64,000 nucleotides of DNA, taken from contig OMZJ01000115.1 in the NCBI GenBank assembly GCA_900315495.1, forward strand, positions 29,109 to 93,108, written 5' to 3'. Shown in pieces: positions 35,815-44,171 of this stretch. Under the pieces are notes generated by a model, which was not told the DNA's origin, did not search any database, and saw nothing but the letters and a program-made list of their open reading frames with translations. The position numbers were made by a program, and so were the translations under genes. Position 1 is the stretch's first letter; every line of letters begins with the position of its first letter. The stretch is from an uncultured Lachnospiraceae bacterium (GTDB lineage: Bacteria; Bacillota; Clostridia; Lachnospirales; Lachnospiraceae).

Positions 35815-37734
35815 ATGATTCTCACTGTCAGCCATATAAGCAAATCCTTTTCGGAGGTTCCCGTGATCCGGGACGGCTCATTCTTTCTGGAAGAGCATGA
35901 AAAAGCCGCCGTCGTCGGCATCAACGGGGCCGGAAAGTCCACCCTGTTAAAGATGATCACCGGCATTCTGCCGCCGGACACGGGCAGTGTCTCCGTCTCG
36001 AGGGACGCCCGGATCGGCTACCTTGCGCAGCACCAGGACACATCCCGCGACATCACCGTCCGGGACCTGGTCATGGAGACCCGGAAGGACCTCCTGGCGC
36101 TGGAGACGCAGATGCGGCAGCTGGAAGATTCGATGAAGACGCTCTCCGGCGATGCCCTGGAATCCGCGCTCGCCCAGTATGACCGCATGAGCCAGACCTT
36201 TGACCGCGAAAACGGGTATGCCATTCAGAGCGAAGTGACCGGCACGCTGCGCGGCCTGGGCTTTTCGGAGGAAGACTTCGGAAAGAAGATCAGCACCCTC
36301 TCCGGCGGACAGAAAACACGGGCGTCTCTTGCCGCCCTTCTGATGTCGAAACCGGAGATTCTCCTCCTCGACGAGCCCACCAACCATCTGGACATTCATT
36401 CGATCACCTGGCTGGAGACCTATCTGATGAACTACGACGGGGCCGTTCTGGTGGTCTCCCACGACCGGTACTTTCTGGACCGAATCGTGACAAAGGTCAT
36501 CGAGGTGGAGAGCGGAGAGGTCACGGTATTCTCCGGCAATTACACCGACTACAGCCGGAAAAAGGAAGCGCTGCGGGAGAGCCGGATGAAAGCCTATCTG
36601 AACCAGCAGGCCGAAATCCGCCATCAGGAGGAAGTCATTGAAAAGCTCCGCTCCTATAACCGGGAGAAATCCATCCGCCGTGCGGAGAGCCGTGAAAAGA
36701 TGCTCAGCCACATCGAGCGGATCCAGAAGCCGGTGGAGCTGGACGACACGATGCAGATTCATCTCACGCCGGCCATCACCAGCGGCGGCGATGTTCTCAC
36801 GGCAGACCGGCTGACAAAATCCTTCGGCCGGCAGACACTGTTTGCGGACGTGAGCTTCCTGATCCGCCGCGGTGAGCGGGTCGCCGTCATCGGGGACAAC
36901 GGCACCGGCAAAACAACGCTCCTGAAAATCATCAACGGTCTGGAGAAGCCGGACAGCGGTTCCTTCCGCCTGGGCTCCCATGTGATGATCGGCTATTACG
37001 ACCAGGAGCAGAATATCCTGAACCCCGATCTGACCCTGTTTGAGCAGATCTCCGACGAGCACCCGGACATGACCAACACGGAAGTGCGGAACCTGCTGGC
37101 GGGATTTCTCTTCACCGGGGACGACGTGTTCAAGCAGGTCTCCGACCTGTCCGGCGGGGAAAAGGGGCGGCTTTCGCTGGCGCTTCTGATGCTCTCTGAC
37201 GCGAACTTCATCATCCTCGACGAGCCGACCAACCATCTGGACATGACGTCCCGCTCCGTTCTGGAGAACGCGCTGAAAAACTACAGCGGCACCGTGCTGT
37301 ATGTCTCCCACGACCGGTACTTCATCAACCAGACCGCGACCAGAATTCTGGAGCTGCGGGACCAGACCTTTACGGAATATCTTGGCAACTACGACTACTA
37401 CCTGCAGAAGCGAGAGGAGATGGACGCCGCCGCGGCCGGTAACGCGTCCGCGCAGGAACTGCAGAAGGAATCCGCGTCCCGCGAGAGCTGGGAGCAGCAG
37501 AAAAAAGCCGCTGCCGAACAGCGGAAGCTGGAGAACGAATGGAAGCGCACCGAGGCGAGAATCGCCGAGCTGGAGGAGCAGAACCGCAGCGCGGACGCAA
37601 AGATGGCGGAGTACTCCGCCGCCGGGAATGTATCCGGCCTGATGGATCTGCAGAAGCAGAAGGACGCCGCCGAGAAAGAACTGGACGGGCTGTATGACCG
37701 GTGGGAGGAGCTGGCGGAGCAGATCGAATCGTGA
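35815..37734 (+). CDS. ABC-F family ATPase (Uup/YfmR-like, with a C-terminal coiled-coil extension)
   Basis: There are two ABC cassettes and no TM domain. Walker A motifs are GINGAGKST and GDNGTGKTT. Signature motifs are LSGGQKTR and LSGGEKGR. The C-terminal charged helical tail reads EQRKLENEWKRTEARIAELEEQ. I took the start at MILTVSHISKSF (35815); an in-frame ATG at 35728 is possible. Confidence 0.9.
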   Translation: MILTVSHISKSFSEVPVIRDGSFFLEEHEKAAVVGINGAGKSTLLKMITGILPPDTGSVSVSRDARIGYLAQHQDTSRDITVRDLVMETRKDLLALETQMRQLEDSMKTLSGDALESALAQYDRMSQTFDRENGYAIQSEVTGTLRGLGFSEEDFGKKISTLSGGQKTRASLAALLMSKPEILLLDEPTNHLDIHSITWLETYLMNYDGAVLVVSHDRYFLDRIVTKVIEVESGEVTVFSGNYTDYSRKKEALRESRMKAYLNQQAEIRHQEEVIEKLRSYNREKSIRRAESREKMLSHIERIQKPVELDDTMQIHLTPAITSGGDVLTADRLTKSFGRQTLFADVSFLIRRGERVAVIGDNGTGKTTLLKIINGLEKPDSGSFRLGSHVMIGYYDQEQNILNPDLTLFEQISDEHPDMTNTEVRNLLAGFLFTGDDVFKQVSDLSGGEKGRLSLALLMLSDANFIILDEPTNHLDMTSRSVLENALKNYSGTVLYVSHDRYFINQTATRILELRDQTFTEYLGNYDYYLQKREEMDAAAAGNASAQELQKESASRESWEQQKKAAAEQRKLENEWKRTEARIAELEEQNRSADAKMAEYSAAGNVSGLMDLQKQKDAAEKELDGLYDRWEELAEQIES

Positions 37735-37785
37735 GTCCGTCCGGCGTATTGCCGCATCCGGAATACGAATCCCGGAGGGCAGCAC

Positions 37786-37835
37786 AAAAACCGCCGCATC
37801 ACCCGCGTCAGACGGGCGGTGCGGCGGCTTTTCTT
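37786..37835. terminator. Rho-independent terminator between the convergent ABC-F and MGS-like genes
   Basis: AAAAA-CCGCCGCAtcaCCCG-cgtcaga-CGGGcggTGCGGCGG-CTTTTCTT: 8+4 bp with a 3-nt internal mismatch. Confidence 0.65.
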
Positions 37836-37919
37836 ACCGTTTGATTATTTTTGCAGATTCCCGGAATCCCGGACCCCCGCAGATCTTCCCTGTATCCCGC
37901 AGATCTTTTTCGTTCTGCC

Positions 37920-38294
37920 TCAGAAATCTCCGCGCATCAGGCATTGAATCAGGCACTCTGCCGTGGCGATATTGGTTGCCAGCGGCACGTTGTAGAGAAC
38001 GCAGAGCCGGGCGATCTCCTCATAGTCATCCTCAAACCCGGAGGTATACGCAGAACCGTGAAAGCAGATCATCAGACCGATATCACCGTTCATGATCTCA
38101 TTCGTCAGCTGATGACCGCCGCCCATCCCACCCGGAAGAAACTTGATCACAGGCAGACCTGTCGCCTGTTCCACATGCTTGCCGGTCATCTCCGTGGCCA
38201 GCAGCTGATGTTTCTTCAGGATGCCCTTGTAGGCAATACAGAAGTTGACCAGCAATGCCTTTTTGCTGTTATCGGCAGTCAGACAGATATACAT
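37920..38294 (-). CDS. Methylglyoxal synthase-like (MGS fold) protein; catalytic residues appear substituted
   Basis: 124 aa, collinear with MgsA as I remember it (MYICLTADNSKKALLVNFCIAYKGILKKHQLLATEMTG...VPLATNIATAE). However, AHD is TAD, GGDQQ is GGGHQ, and the PHEPD region is SGFEDD. Confidence 0.7.
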   Translation of the reverse strand: MYICLTADNSKKALLVNFCIAYKGILKKHQLLATEMTGKHVEQATGLPVIKFLPGGMGGGHQLTNEIMNGDIGLMICFHGSAYTSGFEDDYEEIARLCVLYNVPLATNIATAECLIQCLMRGDF

Positions 38295-38413
38295 TCACTT
38301 CTCCCCCGGTGCATTCCTGCTCTGCGGGAAGTCCCTTGTCCGCAGAACGGTTCTTTCTGATGCCGGTTTCCCCTGCACCGGCGCTGTCGGCATGTTACCA
38401 TCAGTACGCAAAA

Positions 38414-38441
38414 AGTATACCACAGACCGGGATTTTTTCAA
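38414..38441 (-). promoter_or_regulatory. Putative extended -10 sigma-A promoter of the MGS-like gene
   Basis: Minus strand: TTGAAA-16 nt-(TGg)TATACT, about 115 nt upstream of ATG 38294. Confidence 0.55.
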
Positions 38442-38597
38442 CAATTATTCTCGCCAATTCCTATATTCTGTTTTTATCCGGTTTGAAATATCTGATGATA
38501 TTAAACATTAAATCCGTCTGAATTTGATTTCCTTTTATTGAAATTACCGTTTTTTCTGCTTTCTTCCGGAAAGCTTTTCCGTCTGGTAAACGGAATT

Positions 38598-39656
<1,059 letters not shown>

Positions 39657-39760
39657 CGTTCTGTCAGCAGCCCTCCGGTTCCATCAGGGCCGCGCTGCTC
39701 CTTTCATTTTCCCGGCGATTCTGTCCGGCAGCAGAGACCGCTGTTCCTCGCCCGGACAGA

Positions 39761-40633
39761 TCACCCGCCGTTTCTCTCATTGGTTTTGATATCCGGCCGC
39801 ATTGCGCGCACAACGCGGTCCAGCCCGGCATAATCGGGGATCACCTGAATCTCTCGGAAGCGGTTCTGCGCCAGAAGATCAGACACCGCAGCTGCCTGCG
39901 TCTCGCCGATCTCCAGGAAAAGTGAGCCGTCCGGATTCAGATAGTCCGCCGCCTGCCGTGCGATGCGCCGGTAAAAATCCAGTCCGTCCTCCCCGCCGTC
40001 CAGGGCGAGCCGCGGCTCAAACCGCGATACCTCCGGCTCCAGGGAATCGATTTCCTCTCTCCCGATGTAAGGCGGGTTGGCCGCAATCACATCGAAGGTA
40101 CCGGCTACCGGTGCGAAAAGGTCTCCCTGAAAAAAAGTGATCTCTGCCCCGCAGCGGGCGGCATTTGCGCGCGCGGCCCGCAGGGCGGCTTCGGAGAGAT
40201 CTGACGCCGCGATCCGCTCGAACCGGCCGAACCGGCACACGGCCACCGCAATGCAGCCGCTGCCGGTGCACAGATCGAGAAAGCTTCCGCCCGGATTCTG
40301 TTCGGACCATGCGAGAACCTCCCCGGCCAGAATCTCCGTGTCCCCGCGGGGAATCAGCACATCATCCTGCACCTCCAGATCCAGTCCGCAGAAATTCTGT
40401 ACGCCCAGGATCCGCTGCAGCGGGATTCTGCGCTGCCGGCGCGCGAGCCGCTCTATAAAAAGGCGCTCCCTGTCCGGCGCCGGATAAAATTCTTCTTCCG
40501 CGTGCAGCAGATAATCGGTCCGGCTCATCCCGAAGCTCTCTGAAAAGAGCAGCCATGCGTCATTTTCCGGCTCCGGAACACCGGCGCCGCGAAGCTTCCC
40601 CGCCGCCGCGGCAATCACCTCTCTGGTTTTCAT
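39761..40633 (-). CDS. prmC: Release factor glutamine N5-methyltransferase (PrmC/HemK)
   Basis: SAM motif FLDLCTGSGCIAV and catalytic IAANPPYI. It lies immediately upstream of prfA in the same orientation. Confidence 0.9.
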   Translation of the reverse strand: MKTREVIAAAAGKLRGAGVPEPENDAWLLFSESFGMSRTDYLLHAEEEFYPAPDRERLFIERLARRQRRIPLQRILGVQNFCGLDLEVQDDVLIPRGDTEILAGEVLAWSEQNPGGSFLDLCTGSGCIAVAVCRFGRFERIAASDLSEAALRAARANAARCGAEITFFQGDLFAPVAGTFDVIAANPPYIGREEIDSLEPEVSRFEPRLALDGGEDGLDFYRRIARQAADYLNPDGSLFLEIGETQAAAVSDLLAQNRFREIQVIPDYAGLDRVVRAMRPDIKTNERNGG

Positions 40634-40647
40634 GGTCTGCCCTTTCG

Positions 40648-41658
40648 TCAGTCTGCCGCGGCTTTTGCGCCGCCGGCCGTATGCTCTTTTTGATTTTCGT
40701 CCGGATCTCCGGCCGGAAAATTTTCCCGCAGATATGCCTTCCAGTCAAAGACTTCCTCCACCGCCCGGATGGCAACCTCCGCCATCGCCGCATCCGGCTC
40801 CCGCGTGGTCAGCCCCTGAAGCCACAGGCCGGGACGGCTGAGCGCATTGATGATCTTCCCGTCGCTGTTTCCGGCCAGGCGGAGGAACTCATAGGAAATG
40901 CCGGCGACCACCGGAATCAGAAGAATCCGGGAGAGGATTCGAAGCCCCATCCCCTGCGGGCGCACCACCATGAACAGGAGGATGCTGATCAGCATCACAA
41001 AGAGCATGAAGCTGGTTCCGCAGCGCTTGTGCTCCTTCGAGCTTTTGAGGACATTCTCCACGTTCAGAGGCAGGCCGTGCTCCACACAGTTGATGCACTT
41101 GTGCTCGGCGCCGTGATACATGTAGGTCCTGCGGATGTCTTTCGTCAGCGAGATCAGGGAGATGTATGCGATGAAAATGGCGACCCGGATGACGCCCTCC
41201 AGAAAGGCCAGAAGGACACTGCTTCGAATCCAGGATCCCAGCCATCCGGCGATCACGGTCGGCATCACGGAAAAGATCAGGACGGCGAGAACCACGGCGA
41301 CCGCCATGGTACCCCCCATGATCACTTTTTCCGCCTTCTCCCCGAACTTCCGGTCCAGCCACTGCTCAAACCGCGAGGGCTCCTCCTCCGCAGCATCCTC
41401 CCCGTCATCCATATACTGCTCCGAGGACCATTCCAGGCTTTTCATCCCCAGCACGAGGGAATCGATCATGGCAAACACGCCGCGGATCAGCGGCAGCCGC
41501 AGAATCCGGGATTTTTCCGTGATGCTGTGATACTCCCGCCGGTCGCAGACAATGCTCCCGTCTGCCTTGCGCACGGCAACCGCATACCGGCTGCCGTTGC
41601 GCATCATAATGCCTTCCATGACGGCCTGCCCGCCAATGCCTGAGTTTTTCAAATCCAT
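40648..41658 (-). CDS. DUF1385 (YqhQ-like) membrane protein
   Basis: IGGQAVMEGIMMRNG, YHGAEHKCINCVE, HKRCGTSF, plus several TM segments. These are the characteristic DUF1385 motifs. Confidence 0.8.
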   Translation of the reverse strand: MDLKNSGIGGQAVMEGIMMRNGSRYAVAVRKADGSIVCDRREYHSITEKSRILRLPLIRGVFAMIDSLVLGMKSLEWSSEQYMDDGEDAAEEEPSRFEQWLDRKFGEKAEKVIMGGTMAVAVVLAVLIFSVMPTVIAGWLGSWIRSSVLLAFLEGVIRVAIFIAYISLISLTKDIRRTYMYHGAEHKCINCVEHGLPLNVENVLKSSKEHKRCGTSFMLFVMLISILLFMVVRPQGMGLRILSRILLIPVVAGISYEFLRLAGNSDGKIINALSRPGLWLQGLTTREPDAAMAEVAIRAVEEVFDWKAYLRENFPAGDPDENQKEHTAGGAKAAAD

Positions 41659-41694
41659 TTCTCCTTTCCGGACAGGCGCAGGATATAACCAGAG

Positions 41695-41720
41695 GGCCGG
41701 GATCCCGATGGATCCCGGCC
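41695..41720 (-). terminator. Intra-operon hairpin or partial terminator after rpmE
   Basis: Minus strand: GGCCGGGAUCC-aucg-GGAUCCCGGCC (11 bp) followed by CUCUGGUUAU, a weak U-tract. Confidence 0.4.
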
Positions 41721-41776
41721 CCCGTTGCCCGCAAGCTGCCGCGCCGGCTGTCTATCGTACCGCGGCATGGGAAAAA

Positions 41777-41986
41777 TTACTGCTGAGAAGTAAATCCGTA
41801 CTTCTTGTTGAACTTCTCGATACGTCCGCGCGCTGCCGTGGCCTTCTGCTGGCCGGAGTAGAACGGATGGCACTTGGAGCAGATTTCCACGTGGATCTCC
41901 GGCTTTGTGGAGCCGGTTACAAAAGTATTACCGCAGTTGCAGGTTACCTTTGCCTGATAATACTTCGGATGAATTCCTTCCTTCAT
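41777..41986 (-). CDS. rpmE: 50S ribosomal protein L31 (zinc-binding type A)
   Basis: [48 protein letters not shown]. Starts at ATG 41986 (SD GAGAGGUG). Confidence 0.95.
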   Translation of the reverse strand: MKEGIHPKYYQAKVTCNCGNTFVTGSTKPEIHVEICSKCHPFYSGQQKATAARGRIEKFNKKYGFTSQQ

Positions 41987-42061
41987 AAGAACACCTCTCA
42001 TTCCGATGGTTTCCAACCATCCTGATTGATCAATCCGGCACTGACCGGATACAGCCTCGAT

Positions 42062-42090
42062 ATTTTATCACACGTTTCAAAGCCTTGCAA
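42062..42090 (-). promoter_or_regulatory. Putative sigma-A promoter of the rpmE operon
   Basis: Minus strand: TTGCAA-17 nt-TAAAAT, with TGtGa just upstream of the -10. Confidence 0.55.
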
Positions 42091-42243
42091 CTATTTTTGA
42101 CGTTCCGGGCAGCCGGTCTCGCTCTTCCGCCTTTTCCCCTGCCGGAAAAGACCATGCCGCATATCGCAGCCGATCGGAAAGAGGATTCCGGTCCGTTTCC
42201 CGCAGAATCGCAGAACTGTGGGAAGAGGCGGCGCATCCAGCCA

Positions 42244-42759
42244 TTATTCCAGCAGGCGGTGCACCACGAAGTTGTAGATTTCGCTGCTGCTGTCCTGCCA
42301 CTTTTCGCACATGTGCTCGGCCATTTTCTCATTGTCCGCTGAAATCCGCAGATCGATCAGCCGCTTCCGGCCCTCCCGGACCTCCAGGCGCACCTCATAC
42401 TGATTGTTTTCGGTCTCCCGGTAATCCGCCAGGCTGGTGTTTTCCTTCCGGAGATCAATCCGGCGGCTCTCCAGAAAGCTCTCGATGTCGCTGCGGTCCT
42501 TCTCGGAAATCTTGCTTTCAAAATAGCCCAGCGTTTCCTCTCCCTCTTTCGTGATGCCGAGGAGATTCTTGTCCGGCCGTTTTTCAACCTCTACCAGGCT
42601 GTTCGACGCCATCTCGCCAAGAAGCATGCGAAGGTCTGCCTCCTCCACGCCGTCATTTTTGAAATACCCGAGGATCTGACTATCCGAGAGCTGAAAATTC
42701 ACTCTGTTCAGCATGTATAGAATCATCAGTTTGATCTGCGTCTGTGATTCCGCGTTCAT
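42244..42759 (-). CDS. DUF4364 family protein (small winged-helix-like, Clostridia-typical)
   Basis: QIKLMILYMLNRVNFQLSDSQILGYF...LVEVEKRPDKNLLGITKEGEETLGYF. The family call is from memory. The start is ambiguous (42768, 42759 or 42726). The gene overlaps the 3' end of the upstream radical SAM gene. Confidence 0.6.
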   Translation of the reverse strand: MNAESQTQIKLMILYMLNRVNFQLSDSQILGYFKNDGVEEADLRMLLGEMASNSLVEVEKRPDKNLLGITKEGEETLGYFESKISEKDRSDIESFLESRRIDLRKENTSLADYRETENNQYEVRLEVREGRKRLIDLRISADNEKMAEHMCEKWQDSSSEIYNFVVHRLLE

Positions 42760-43723
42760 GTTTCTCATCTCCCCTCATACATCCCTGGGTAATCTCTCTT
42801 ACTTTCAGTGCATGGTGAATCTCGTTCAGCACGGTCCGCTTGGCGGTGCTCCACTGCGGCGCGATCAATTCCTGCGACGGGCCGTCTCCGGTCATCCTGT
42901 GTATGACAATATTCCTCGGAAGAAGGCCGATGCTGGTGCAGACCAGATCGACGTACTCTTCCCGGGTCAGCACCCGGAACGCCCCTCTGCGGTACTCGTC
43001 CGAAAGTTCGGTTCCCTGCAGCACATGCAGCAGCTGCAGCTTGATCCCCTGAATATCCATTCTGCCCGCGTACCGGACGGTGTGAAGCATATCCTCCCGT
43101 GTCTCCCCGGGGAGTCCGAGTATGACATGCACAATGACGTCAAAGCCATGGCGGCGGATTCTTCGGACCGCATCCTCAAAGCAGGGGAGGGCATACCCCC
43201 GTCGGATTCTCACTGCAGTCTCTTCCCGGGCCGTCTGCAGGCCGAGCTCAATCCAGACCGGCTTTGTGCCGTGGATTTCGTCGAGCAGGTCCAGAACGTC
43301 CTCCGGAACGCAGTCCGGCCTGGTTGCGATGGAAACCGCTGCAATTTCCGGGCGCGCAAACGCCTGACGGTATCGGTCCCGCAGGACCGGAAGCGGCGCA
43401 TAGGTCCCCGTGAAAGCCTGAAAATAGGCAATATAAGCCTTCGGACGAAACTGCGCCAGGCCGCGCATTCCCTCTGTGATCTGTTCGTCAATGGTCCGGC
43501 GCGGATTCCCCGCGAAGGTTCCAGAGCCTGCCAGGCAGAACGTGCAGCCGCCGGTTCCGATGGTTCCGTCTCTGTTTGGGCAGGTAAACCCCGGATTCAG
43601 GGCGATGCGGTACACCTTCCCGCCGAATTTCTGCCGGAGAAATATATTCAGTGAATAATAAGGCTCCCTGTCGCCGCCGGCGGAGTAAAATCCGTCTCCA
43701 GCGCCATCTTCTGCACTCTGCAT
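42680..43723 (-). CDS. TIGR01212 (YhcC-like) radical SAM protein
   Basis: KVYRIALNPGFTCPNRDGTIGTGGCTFCLAGSG (CxxxxxxxxxxCxxC variant typical of TIGR01212), and WIELGLQT. Confidence 0.85.
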   Translation of the reverse strand: MQSAEDGAGDGFYSAGGDREPYYSLNIFLRQKFGGKVYRIALNPGFTCPNRDGTIGTGGCTFCLAGSGTFAGNPRRTIDEQITEGMRGLAQFRPKAYIAYFQAFTGTYAPLPVLRDRYRQAFARPEIAAVSIATRPDCVPEDVLDLLDEIHGTKPVWIELGLQTAREETAVRIRRGYALPCFEDAVRRIRRHGFDVIVHVILGLPGETREDMLHTVRYAGRMDIQGIKLQLLHVLQGTELSDEYRRGAFRVLTREEYVDLVCTSIGLLPRNIVIHRMTGDGPSQELIAPQWSTAKRTVLNEIHHALKVREITQGCMRGDEKHERGITDADQTDDSIHAEQSEFSALG

Positions 43724-43968
43724 TCGAACGCGCCTCATTCCTGATTCGGTTTACAGAACACATTTTTGTGTGTCCCAGTGTCCGGAATGGACGGCAGACG
43801 GATCCCTCCGACGGGATCTCCCCTCCTGCTGTCTCCCGACCGCCAATACCGGACAATAATATCAATTTTCCCTGTTTGCGTCAAGAAGGACCGGATGAAA
43901 CTGCGGCCGGCTGTTCGTGTCAGACGCCTGATTTTTATATTCCTGCCGTCTGATTTTCGCACAGATGC

Positions 43969-43996
43969 TTGATTTTATGTTTTCTTTTCGTATAAT
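43969..43996 (+). promoter_or_regulatory. Putative sigma-A promoter of rho
   Basis: TTGATT-16 nt-TATAAT, about 170 nt upstream of ATG 44172. Confidence 0.55.
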
Positions 43997-44171
43997 AAGG
44001 GCAAGAATCATTTCTCCCTTCAAGCCGGTGGCACTGCCGTGTCACTGTATGATTCGAAGCGGCTGCCCGGATCTGTTCCCGGACTGTCCGCAAAAATTTC
44101 CGGACAAACCTGTCCGGTATCGTTGTTGTCTTCGGGCGGGACTTCCGCCCCGGTTCTATTGAGGAATCTTT

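Noticed and set aside
35484-37785. Minus-strand ORFs 35484..35981 (165 aa, containing FNRVDFPAPLMPT) and 35947..37785 (612 aa).
   Set aside because: Both are antisense to the ABC-F gene. The VDFPAP-type peptide is the familiar reverse-frame translation of the ABC ATPase Walker B / D-loop region, not a real protein.
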